Shown in pieces: positions 11,394 to 22,947 of a stretch of 64,000 nucleotides of DNA (its first letter is position 1; each line of letters opens with the position of its first letter). The stretch spans positions 186,001 through 250,000 of the forward strand of contig JASTWF010000343.1 in assembly GCA_030390025.1 (NCBI GenBank), in the 5' to 3' direction. A program made the position numbers and the translations under genes. The stretch is from Squalus acanthias. Taxonomy: Eukaryota. A model generated the notes under the pieces. It did no database searches and had not been told where the DNA came from. It saw nothing but the letters and a program-made list of their open reading frames with translations.

Positions 11394-11735
11394 ACTTACC
11401 TTAATATTAAATTGTTCTTTTCTGCCCCTTGTCCTGCTTATTGGGACCAGACTCATTACCACTGTCAGCTGTCACTTCAGCTCCTCCCATACTGAAATCA
11501 CACTGATGGGCCGTAACCGGGGGCTGAAACCTGTCTCCAGGTGACATCACACAGGAACCAGGAGCCATTCACACAGCAGCCAGGAGTGATGTCACAAAGC
11601 AGCCGGTGCCCCGCCCCCCCCCCCCACTCGAGGTGTCACAGGGTCACATTGACCAGGCTCTGCTCCTGGTGTGCAGTCTCACTGGGCATGAACACAGGGT
11701 GTAAAACCAGCCCGTCTCAGACCCCGCTCCCCTCA
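11394..11735 (-). promoter_or_regulatory. Candidate promoter and first exon module, copy 1
   Basis: Consensus donor AAG|GTAAGT (11402-11394), CRE-like TGACATCA and TGATGTCA, perfect GGTCAnnnTGACC palindrome at 11642-11654; paralog at about 33012-33342. Confidence 0.45.
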
Positions 11736-12890
11736 TAGAATCATGGAATGATACAGCCCAGGACGAGCCCATTCGGCCCATTCTCTCTGTGCCGGCACTT
11801 TTAAAGAGCTATCCAATTAGTCCCACTACCCTGCTCTTATCCCATAGCCCTGCAACTTTTTCAGCTTCGAGTATTTATTCAATTTGCTTTTGAAAGTTAC
11901 TGTTGAATCTGCTTGCACCACACTTTCAGGCAGTGGATTCCAGATCACAACAACTCGCTGCGTAAATAATGTTTTCCTCACGTTGCCTCTTTTGCCAATT
12001 ACCTTAAATCTGTGTCCTATGGTCACCGACCCTTCTGCCACTAGAAGCATTTTCTCCTTGTCTACTCTATCAAATTTCATCTGGCCTGTGTCTGCCCATT
12101 TCACCAGTCTGTCTTTGTCCTCCTGAAGCCTGTTACTACTCTCCTCACTATTTATTACCTTTCCGAATTTCGTGTCATCTGTAAACTCTGAAATGATGCC
12201 TGTATAGCTATGTCTAGCTCATTAATATATATCATAAAGAGCAGTGGTCCCGACACCGACCCCTGGGGGACACCACTGCACACTTCCCTCCAGTCTGAAA
12301 AACAAGCGTTCACCGCGACTCTCTGCTTCCTGTCATTAGCCCATGTTGTATCCACACAGCTGCTGCCCCTTTAACATCATCGACTTTTGCTAACAAGTCT
12401 GTTGTGTGGTACTTTATCAAACACCTTTTGCAAGTCCATATACACAACATCGACGTCACTAGCCTCATCCACCCTTTTCGTTAATACATCAAAGAACTCA
12501 ACTAAATTAGTCAAACATGATTTGCCATTAACAAATCCATGCTAGCTTTCATAAAGTCGTAGACTCATAACGGCACAGAAGGAGTCCATTCGGCCCATCG
12601 AGTTTGACATCCTGCCTGAAGTGCGGTGCCCAGAATTGCCCACAATACTCCATCTGGAGCCTAACCAGTGTTTGAAAGAGGTTCAGCTTAACTTCTTTCC
12701 TTTTGTACTCTATCCCTCTATTTATAAAGCCAAAGATTCCGTAAGTTTTTTAACATTCTTCTCAACTTGGGTGTGCTTGTTCTCAACACGCACTGACAGG
12801 GCCCTCTATTCCTGCACCCCCATTAAAATTGTACCCTTAGTTTATATTGCCTTTCCTCGTTCTTCCTATCAAAATGAATCACTTCACACT
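11735..12890 (-). mobile_element. Decayed, internally deleted CR1 fragments
   Basis: CR1 3' end at 11735; ORFs 11826-12104 and 12155-12355 ([11 protein letters not shown]). Confidence 0.85.
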
Positions 12891-13342
12891 TCAGGAGAAT
12901 AGATTGAAACTATTGAAAGGTATATTTCGAACTGACATCAGTAAGTTCTTTACATGAACAGTAATCAATTCAATTGATTGGAATGGAATGAGTTGGGTCG
13001 TGGAGGCAAACATCCCAGAATTATTGGAGAAACGTAGATGCTGTGGCTTGGGGGGAGGAATTGTCGACTCTTTCTGGATGAATGAATTAAGATCAGTGGA
13101 GGTCTTTATTTCTATCTATCTGGTGTATTATCTCCTGGGCGGGGTCGCCATTATTGCCACAATGAACCAGGTACCACAAGTTGTGCAACATGAGCTGGGA
13201 ACAATGCTCCCCATGATTCCATTCCCTCCTCCCCAAACACGAAGCACCTGCTCTTCACGGAGCCCTTATCTGCCTCTTCTCTGAAGAATGATGTTCTTTC
13301 TGGGGCTGTGCACATCATTCTATAAAAACTTTAGACTTTTAC

Positions 13343-13504
13343 CAGCGAGTCGCATGTCTCCGCTTTCTCCTCCACTTTCCCCAGCTTTGTTCATTCTGTT
13401 GACCCTCTTCTTTTTGATAGCTCCTGTCCGATCGAAGAAGGGATCCTCGTCACTGTCGTAGACATCCTCGGCCTCCCAGTGTTTAGATTTTCCCTTACGA
13501 GAAA
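13343..13504 (-). pseudogene. SLC4A1AP: Isolated, frameshifted kanadaptin-like exon, copy 1
   Basis: tttgcttttttaccag|..SRKGKSKHWEAEDVYDSDEDPFFDRTGAIKKKRVNRMNKAG(+1 nt)KVEEKAETCDSL|gtaaaa. This matches kanadaptin as I recall it: SRKRKAKNWEDEDFYDSDDDTFLDRTGLIEKKRLNRMKKAGKIDEKPETFESL. Confidence 0.85.
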
Positions 13505-13654
13505 CTGGTAAAAAAGCAAATTGTGTTGTTTTTAGTCTTAGTTTCGGATCATAAAAAAAAACCACACAACTTTCTACTAATGGTGAAAGTACCTCCCTCT
13601 TAATCGATATTACTAAAGTTCGTGTCATTGTGAATGTGCGCTTGTGTATTGCTG

Positions 13655-13935
13655 CAGTGATTTCAAATCACTTCCTGGCCTCGCCCCTTCCTATCTCTGT
13701 AATCTCCTCCAGCCTCACATCCCTCCGAGAGCTCTGCGCTCCTCGAATTCTGGCCTCTTGAGCATCCCCGGTTTTAATCGCTCCACCATTGGTGGTTCTG
13801 CCTTCAGCTGCCTAGGCCCTAAGCTCTGGAATTCCCTCCCTAAACCTCTCCGCCTCTCTCTCCTCCTTTAAGACGCTCCTTAAAACCTATCTCTTTGACC
13901 GAGCTTTTGGTCACCTGCCCTAATATCTCCTTATA
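13655..13935 (+). mobile_element. L2 LINE 3' fragment
   Basis: GLAPSYLCNLLQPHIPPRALRSS...GGSAFSCLGPKLWNSLP, an L2 ORF2 C-terminus. Confidence 0.85.
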
Positions 13936-16790
13936 GAATCATAGAATGGTTACAGCAATAAAGAAGACCATTAGGCCTGTCGAGCCCACCCGACTCTCAG
14001 CATGTCCCACTCCCCTGCCCTCTCCCCGTAGCCCTGCATTTTTTTTTCTTTCAGATACTTATCCAACTCCCTTTTGAAAGATAAGATTGTGTCTGCCTCC
14101 ACTCTCCTTTCAGGCAGTGCATTCCAGATCCGAACCACTCTCTGTGTAAAAACGTTTTTTCTTACATCGACTTTGGTTCTTTTGCCAATTACCTTAAGTC
14201 TGTGTCCTCTGGTTCTCGACCCTTCTGCGAAAGGCAACAGTTTCTCTCCATCTATTCTGTCTAGACCCCTCATGATTTTGAACACCTGTATGAAATCTCC
14301 TCTGCTCCAAGGAGAATAATGCCAGCTTCTCCTGTCCATCAACGTAACTGAAGTCCCTCATCCCTGGAATCGTTCTCGCAATTTTTTTCTGCACCATCTC
14401 TAAGGCCTTCACATCCTTCCAAAAGCGCGGTGCCAAGAATTGGACACAATACTCCAGTTGGGACAGAACCAGTGTTTTATAAAAGTTCATCATAATTTCC
14501 AAAGTTTTGTACTCTAAAGCTCTATTTATGAAGCCCAGGATCCCGTAAGCCTTTTTAACTACTTTCTCAATGTGCCCAGTCACCTTCAACGATTTGTGCA
14601 CATATACCCCCAGGTCTCTCTGAAGTGCACCCCCTTTAGGATCGTACCCTTTAGTTTATATGTCCTCTCCTCATTCTTCCTACCAAAATGTATAATTTCT
14701 TACTTGTCTGCGTAAAATTTCATCTGACACGTGTCCGCCCATTTCACCAGCCTGTCTATGTCTTCTTGAAGTCTATCATTATCCTCCACAATATTTAATA
14801 AATTTCAAGTTTTGCGTCATTTGCAAATTTTGAAATTGTGCCCTGTACACCCACGTCCAAGTCTTTAATATATAACAAAAGCAGTGGACCTAGAACCGAC
14901 CCATGGGGAACACCACTGTATACCTTCCTCCAGTCCAAAAAACAACCGTTCACCACTACTCTCCGTTTCCTGTCACTTAGCCAATTTCGTATCCATGCTG
15001 CCACTGTCCCTTTTATTCCATGGGCTTCAACTTTGCTGGCGAGCCCATTATGTGGCACTTTGTCGAACGCCTTTTGGAAATCCACGTACACTACGTCAAC
15101 CGCATTACCCTCATCAACCCTCTCTGTCACCTCATCAAAAAACACGATCGAGTTGGTTAAACACGATTTGCCTTTAACAAATCCGTGCTGGCTTTCCTTA
15201 ATTAATCCACACTTATCCAAGTGACTGTTAACTTTGTCTCTGATTACAGTTTCTAAAAGCTTTTTCACTACCGAGGTTAAACTGACTGGCCTGTCGTTGC
15301 TGGGTTTATCTTTGCACTCTTTTTTTAACAATGGTGTAACATTTGCAATTATCCAGTCCTCTGGCACCACCCCCGTATCTATGTAGGATTGCAATTTTAT
15401 GGCCAGTACCATCGCGATTTCTGCCCTCGATTCCCTCAGCATCCTAGGATGAACCTAAGATGCATCCCATCCGGTCCTGGTGACTTATCTACTTTATGTA
15501 CAGCCAGCCTATCTAATACCTCTCCTTTATCAATTTTTATCCTATCAACTGTCTCCACTGCCTCCTCCCTCACTACGGCTATGGCAGCATCTTCTTCCTT
15601 GTTGAAGACAGATGCAAAGTACTCATTTAGTACCTCAGCCATACCCTCTGCCTCCATCTATAGGTCTCCTTTTTGGTCCCTAATCGTCCCCACCCCTCCT
15701 CTTACTCTCCTTTTACTATTTATATGACTATAGAAGTCTTTTGGATTCCCTTTTATGTTGGCTGCCATTCTGTTCTCATACCCTCTCTTTGACCCTCTTA
15801 TTTTCTTTTTCACTTCTCCTCGGGCCTTTCTGTATATAGCCTGATTCTCAGATGTATTTGCAACTTGACATCTGTCATACGCGCCCATTTTGTGCATCAT
15901 CATATTGGCTATCTCTTTCGTCATCCAGGGAGCTCTGACTTTAGTTGCCCTGCCTTTCCCCCAGTGGGAATGTACCTCGACTGTACCCGAATTATTTTGT
16001 CTCTAAAGGCAGCCTCTTCTTCCACTACAGTTTTGCCTGCCAATCTTTGATTCCAGTTTACCCTGGCCAGATCCGTTCTCATCCCATTGAAATTGGCCTT
16101 CCCCCAGTGAAACATTCTTACTCTAGATTGCTCCCTGTCTTTTTTTCCCAAAGTTAATCTAAACCTTATGATACTATGATCACTGTTCCCTAAATGTTCA
16201 CCTACTGACACTTGCTCCACTTGACCCACCTCATTCCTTAGAACCAAATCCGGCAATGCCTCCTCCCTCGTCGGGCCAGAAAAGCACTGATCAAGAATGT
16301 TCAGAACATACTTCAGAAATTCTTCCACCTCTCTGCAGTTTATAGTATTACTATCCCAGTCTATATTAGGATAGTTGAAATCCCCCATCATCACTACACT
16401 ATAGTTCTTGCACCTCTGTAATTTCTCTGCAAATTTGATCCTCCATATCTTTCCCATTATTGGGCAGTTGATAGATTACAACGAGGAGTGTAATGGCACC
16501 TCTATTATTTCCTAACTTTAGCCATATAGATTCTGTTCTTGACCCCTCCAGGACATCCTCTCTCTCCAGCACTGTAACATTCGCCTTAAGCAATACTGCC
16601 ACACCACCTCCTATCTTTCCTTCGCTATCTTTCGAGAACAGCTTATCACGAGGAATATTTAATAGCCAATCCTGCCCTTTTTTGAGCCAGGTCTCAGTTA
16701 TTGACACAACATCATATTCCCATGTGGCTGTTTCTGCTTGCAGCTCACTTACTTTGTTTACCACGTTTCATGCATTCACATACACACACT
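13935..16790 (-). mobile_element. CR1 LINE ORF2 (APE endonuclease and RT), decayed
   Basis: ORFs 16399-16764 (ITETWL, GGGVA), 15921-16457 (GDFN, SDH), 14795-15442 and 14194-14601. Confidence 0.95.
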
Positions 16791-18706
16791 TTAGAAACAT
16801 AGAAAAATAGGAGCAGGAGTAGGCCATTCATAGAAACATAGAAGATAGGAGCAGGAGTAGGCCATTCGGCCCCTCGAGCCTGCTCCGCCATTCGATGAGA
16901 TTACGGCTGATCATCCGAACTCAGTACCCTGTACCTGCCTTCTCCCCATATCCCTTGATACCTTTAGCTTTAAGAAATATATCCAACTCATTCTTGAATA
17001 TATTTAATGACTTGGCCTCAACTACCTTCTGTGGTAGAGAATTCCACAGGTTCACCACTCTCTGGGTGAAGAAATTCTTCCTCATTTCTGTACTAAATGG
17101 CTTACCCATTATCCTTAGATTATGACCCCTGGTTCTGGACTCTCCGACCATCGGGAACATTCTTCCTGCATCTAGTTTATCCAGACCTGTCAGAATTTTA
17201 TATGTTTCGATGAGATCCCCTCTCATTCTTCTATACTCCAGCGAGTATCAGCCCAATCGACCCAATCTCTCCTCATATGTCATTCCTGCCATCCCAGGTA
17301 TCAGCCTTGTGAATCTTCGCTGAACTCCTTCCATGGCAAGAACATCCTTCCTCAGATAAGGCGACCAAAACTGCACACAGTACTCAAGGTGTGGTCTCAC
17401 CAAGGCCCTGTACAACTGCAGCAGGACATCCCTGTTCCTATACTCAAACCATTTCGCTATGAAGGCCAATATACCATTTGCCTTCTTCACCGCCTGCTGC
17501 ACCTGCATGCTAACTTTCAGCGACTGCTGCACAAGGACACCCAGGTCTCGTTGCACTTCCCCTTCTCCCAATCTATTGCCATTCAGATAACAGTCTGCCT
17601 TTCTGTTTTTGACACCAAAGTGGATAACCTCGCGTTTATCCACGTTATATTGCATCTGCTACGCTTCTGCCCACTCACCCAACCTGTCCAAATCATCCTG
17701 GAGTTTCTCGGTATCCTCCTCGCAGCACACACTCCCATCCAGCTTTGTGTCATCTGCAAACTTGGAGATATTACATTTAGTTCCCTTATCTAGATCATTA
17801 ATGTATATTGTGAATAGCTGGGGTCCAAGGACCGATCCCTGCGGTACCCCACTAGTCACTGCTTGCCACTCGGAAAAAGACCCATTAATTCCTACTCTCT
17901 GCTTTCTGTCCGCCAACCAGTTCTCTATCCAAGTCAATACCTTGCCCCCAATCCCAGGTGCCTTAACTTTACACGCTAATCTCTTATGCGGGACCTTATC
18001 GAAAGCCTTTTGAAAGTCCAAATACACCACATCTACTGGTTCTCCCTTATCTATTTTCCCAGTTACATCCTCAAAAAATTGCAGTAGAATTGTCAAGCAC
18101 GATTTACCTTTTGTAAATCCATGTTGACTTTGTCCAAATCTGTCACTGTTTTTCAAGTGCTCAGCTATTACTTCCTATATAATGGACTCTTGCATTTTCC
18201 CCACTACCGATGTCAGGCTGTAATTCCCCGCATTCTCTCTACCACCCTTTTTGAACAGTAGGGTAACATTAGCTACCCTCCAATCCATGGGTACTGTTCT
18301 AGATTCCATCGAATGTTGGAAGATGATCAGCAATGCATCTACTATATCTAGGGCCACTTCAGAAGTACCCTAGGATGTAGATTATCAGGCCCTGGAGATT
18401 TATCGGCCTTCAATCCTGTCAATTTCCCTAACACCATTTCCCTGCAAATACTGATTTCTTTCAGTTCCTCCCTTTCATCAGACCGTATGTTCTCCAACAT
18501 CTCTGGGAGGTTATTTGTGTCCTCCTTTGTGAAGACAGAACCAAAATATGCATTTAATTGGTCTGCCATTTCTTTGTTCCCCATTATAACTTCCCCCGCT
18601 TCTGACTGCAAGGGACCTACGCTTGATTTCACTAATCTTTTTCTCTTCACATATCTATAAAAGCTCTTACAGTCAGTTTTTATGTTCCCAGCAAGCTTAC
18701 TTTCAT
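16791..18706 (-). mobile_element. 5'-truncated CR1 LINE with (TTTCTATG)n tail and a doubled terminal segment
   Basis: ORFs 16921-18650 contain the RT; the tail segment is repeated at 16791-16870. Confidence 0.95.
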
Positions 18707-19084
18707 AAACTTGTTAAGACCGAAAGGGCAGTGCTAGTGGGGATCCGACATTGGCTACGGGACAGAAAACAGAGAGTAGTGGTGAACGGTTGTTGTTCAG
18801 ACTGGAGGGAAGTGTACAGTATCCCAGGGGTCGTTATTTGGAACAGTGCTCTTTTTGATATTTATTAATGATATAGACTTATATATATAAGTACAAAGGG
18901 CATAATTTGAACGTTTGCAGATGAAACGAAACTCGGAAATGTAGGAAACACTGAGTGGGATAATTGTAGGCTTCAGGAGTACCTAGACCGACTGGTGAAA
19001 TAAGCAAAGTGATGAAATGTGTCATCAACAGTGCTATAAAGTGGCACTTACTCACCAATAACCTGCTCACGGAGGCCCAGTTTG
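18707..19084 (+). repeat. Paralogous copy of the CR1/LINE-B chimeric junction at about 1010-1410
   Basis: Same order: cttgtta(g/a)gacc.aaggg...aaagggcataatttgaacgtttgcagatga...tgaaat(g/a)agcaaagtgatgaaa...ctcaccaataacctgctcac. Confidence 0.9.
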
Positions 19085-19689
19085 TAAACCTCTCTCTACA
19101 CTGTCCCAGAAAATACTCCCAGGGCAGGTACAGCATGGGTTAGATACAGAGTTATGCTCCCTCTAAACTGTCCCAAACTCTGTGTATGTGGGGCTCAGTC
19201 CCACAGCAGGTGAGATCAGCTAACAGTGCACAGGCCGCGGATGGAGCCGGGGCTTTACTGCTCTATGTGTGGGGCTCAGTGCCAAACCAGGAGATCAGTC
19301 TAACTCAGTACAAGCCGGCGATGGAGACTGGGCCTATTCCAATGATCACTGCCTCCCCTCTCTCAGTGATGCCCCTCCCTGGGATGCTCTGCTCCAGTCT
19401 CTTAGTCGGATCAGTGCCGAAATATACATTCCAGCTGCTGTAGTCCGAGTGTATTTAAATTAATCCACTTTTTTTTCCTGGAACACCTCTGTTGATCTTC
19501 CAACAACTGTCTTCTGCTTCGCTGCCAACAGCTCAGCTCTGTGCTATTATTGGAGATAAAAGATCTGGGATCACACCCAGTATTAAAACACATTCTGTCA
19601 AAGGATCATTAACTGTTCAAAGGGCCCACAGCAGACAGCAATTTACAGAACAATGAGGGAAACACATCTCCCTCTGTCTATAATCTGCT

Positions 19690-19992
19690 TTCCACTCCGA
19701 GTTTGTCTGCTATCATCTATCTCTCTTCTATCTCCGTCACACTCTCTCCCTATCTATGTCTAATACTCTCTCCTCTTTCTATCTCCATCTATCTCTCCTC
19801 TATCCCTGTCACCCCCTTTCTCTCCCTATCTATATCTAATAATCTCTCCTCTGTCTATCTCCATTAATCTATCTATCTCTGGCACCCCTCTCTCTCCCTA
19901 TCTATATCTAATAATCTCTCCTTTCTCTATCTCCATTCTATCTGCCTCTCTATTTCTGTCACGCTGCATGTCTCTCCACTCTATCTCTGTCA
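19690..19992. repeat. CT/CTAT-rich low-complexity tract
   Basis: (ctct/ctat)n. Confidence 0.85.
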
Positions 19993-22920
19993 CATAGAAA
20001 CATAGAAACATAGAAGATAGGAGCAGGAGTAGGCCATTCGGCCCCACGAGCCTGTTCCGCCAATAAATGAGATCGGGGCTGATCATCTAAATTCAGTACA
20101 CTGTCCCTGCATTCTCCCCATATCGATTGATCCCTTTAGCCTTAAGAAATATATCTAACTCCTTCTGGAATATATGTAAAGAATTGGCCTCAACTGCCAT
20201 CTGTGGTAGAGAATTCCACAGGTTCACCACTCTCTGGGTGAAGAAAGTCCTCCTCCTCTCAGTCCTTAAAGGCTTACCCCTTATCTTTAGGCTGTGACCC
20301 CGGGTTCTGGACTCCCCCGCCATCGGGAACAGCCTTCCTGCATCTAGTCTGTCTAGTCCTGTTAGAATTTTATAAGTTTCAATGTGATCCTCTCTCATTC
20401 TTCTAAACTCCAGCGAATACAAACCCAATCAACCCAATCTCTCTTCATACGTCATTCCTAACATCACAGGTATCAATCTGGTGAATCTTCGCTGCACTCC
20501 CTCCATGGCAAGAACATCCTTCCTCAGATAAGGTTACCAAAGCTGCACACAATACTCAAGGTGTGGTGACACCAACGCATAGTACAAGGGCAGCAAGACA
20601 TTCTTGCTCCTGTACTCGAATCCTCTCGCTATGAAGGCCGACATACCAATTGCCTTCTTAACCGCCTGCTGCACCTGCATGCTTAACTTCAGCGACTGAC
20701 GAACATGGACACCCAGGTCTCGTTGCACTTCCCCTTTTTTCCAATCTATTGCCGTTCAGGTAATAATCTGCCTTCCTGTTTTTTGCCACCAAAGTGGATA
20801 ACCTCGCATTTATCCACATTATACTGCGTCTGCCATGCATCTGCCCAATCACCTAACCTGTCCAAATCATACTGCAATTTCTCTGTATCCTCCTCACAGC
20901 ACACACGCCCACCCAGCTTTGTGTCGTCTACAAACATGGAGATATTACTTCTAGTTCTCTCGTCTAGATCATTAATATATATAGTGAATAACTGGGGTCC
21001 CAGCACCGATCCCCGCGGTACCCCACTAGTCACTGCCTGCCGCTCGGAAAAAGGCCCGTTTATTCCAAATCTTTGCTTCCTGTCTGCCAACCAGTTCTAA
21101 ATCCAAGTCAGTACCCCCAATCCCAGGTGCTTTAACTTTGCACGCTAATCTCTTATGCGGGACGTTATCGAAAGCCTTCTGAAAGTCCAAAGACACCACA
21201 TCCACTGGTTCTCCCTTATCTATTCTATCAGTTACATCCTCAAAAAATTCCAGTAGATTACTCAAGCATGATTTACCTTTTGTAAATCCATGTTGACTTT
21301 GTCCGATCCTGTCACTGTTTTCCAAGTGCTCTGCTATTACATCTTTTATAATGGACTCTAGCATTTCCCCCACTACCGATGTCAGACTTACCGGTCTATA
21401 ATTCGCCGTTTTCTCTCTACCAGCTTTTTTTAATAGTGGCGTTATTTAGCTTCCCTCCAATCCATGGGAAATGTTCCAGTGTCTATAAAATTTTGGAAGA
21501 TGACCAGCAATGCAGCTATTATTTCTAGGTCCACTTCCTTAAGTACTCTAGGATGTAGATTATCAGACTCTCGGGATTTATCGTCTTCAGTCCCGTGAAT
21601 TTCCCTAACACCATTTCCCTACAAATACTGATTTCATTCATATCCTCCCTCTCATTAGATCCTATGGGGGAAATATTCAGTTGGTTGCACCTCCCTTTAG
21701 CGCCTTAAGAGGGCGCTAATGTGGCGCAAAGCATCTAGCACCCGGGCGCGGCGATGTTTGTGCCATTTGCGGAATTAACTAGACATTTTGCGGCGGCACT
21801 AAACACTACCACCACCATCTCCTGCGCCGGCAGATCATGATGTCAGTCGAGTTCGCAACGCCCCGGTATCGCCCCAGAGCGGATATTGAGTAGCGCCCCC
21901 TGCCTTACCGCCTGCCGCTAGCAACGACAGTTTGAGTGGAGCGTTTTGCAATCAGGAAGGGACTGGGGGAGCGCTATTTAAAGGCGACCGCTTCCTGCCT
22001 TTTATTGTTGGTGATATTTTTGAACCACGCATTCTGAGCGAGAGAGAGAGAGAGAGACTTCTGGAGAGATTCAACGGTGTGTGAAGGAGTTTTGGGTACT
22101 GAGCAGCACTTTGCAGGTTCATTTTGATTTGCCCTTCCTTGTATCGATTTAGAAGAGACTATGGGGGCTGCATTCTGAGCTCTTTCCCTGGTACTCTCCA
22201 TTATTCTTTCCATCAGATTTGATGTGCAGGTCTCTCCAGGCCGAGATTCAAGGCTGCAATGAGCAGGATGTGGATGGAAAGCAAGATCAACCCTCCCCTT
22301 TAGGAACTGGCCTGCGCCAATGTGTGTGTGTTCCATTGCTGACTGACATCACATGAGCTTCGCCAGCGCTCCGAGGTAGCGCCTCACTCCTCGGCCTTTG
22401 CGCCTTAAGACAGGTTTGAAGTGCCTGATTTAGCGCTCCAATCACCTGCAGGGGCAATAAAAGTCAATTTTGCAGTCGGTGGCAATAATTATCGCCAGGC
22501 GCTAATCTTTGCGACCGGCCGATAATTGCGCCCCAAATGGGGCGATACTGAATTTCTCACCTTATGTTCCTTGATATCTCTGGGAGGTTATTTGTGTCCT
22601 CCTTTGTGAAGACAGAACCAAAGTATGTATTTAATTGTCCTGCAATTTCTTTGTTTCCCATTATAAATTCCCCTGATTCTAACTGCAGGGGACATACGCT
22701 TGACTTCACCAATCCTTTTTTCTTCACATATCTATATAAGCTTTTCCAGTCAGTTTTTATGTTCCCTGAAAGCTTACTCAAATACTCTATTTCCCCCCTC
22801 TTAATTAATCCCTTTGTCCTCCTTTTCTGGCCAATTTATATGTCCTCTCCTTGGATCTTATGCTATCTCTAAGTTCCCTTGTTAACCACGATTTATTCAC
22901 CTTTTTGGTTTTATTTTTAA
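19993..22920 (-). mobile_element. 5'-truncated CR1 LINE interrupted by a DNA transposon-like insertion
   Basis: (catagaaa)n tail at 19993; RT ORFs 20093-21373; continuation ORF 22557-22781. Confidence 0.93.
21666..22562. mobile_element. Non-autonomous TIR element, PIF/Harbinger-like
   Basis: Imperfect TIRs (gggggaaatattcagt versus reverse complement aggtgagaaattcagt), 3-bp TSD TAT (21663-21665 and 22563-22565), GC-rich palindromic subtermini; removing it restores the CR1 sequence ttagatcctatgttcc. Confidence 0.75.
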
Positions 22921-22947
22921 GCCAATCACCTTTTTTGTGTTATTTTT

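Noticed and set aside
19411..19600. Non-repetitive stretch with a possible minus-strand acceptor and a short ORF
   Set aside because: No convincing donor and no recognisable protein similarity
21974..22336. 120-aa ORF inside the TIR element as a possible transposase or Myb-like protein
   Set aside because: No DDE or Trp-repeat motifs are visible, and it includes a microsatellite
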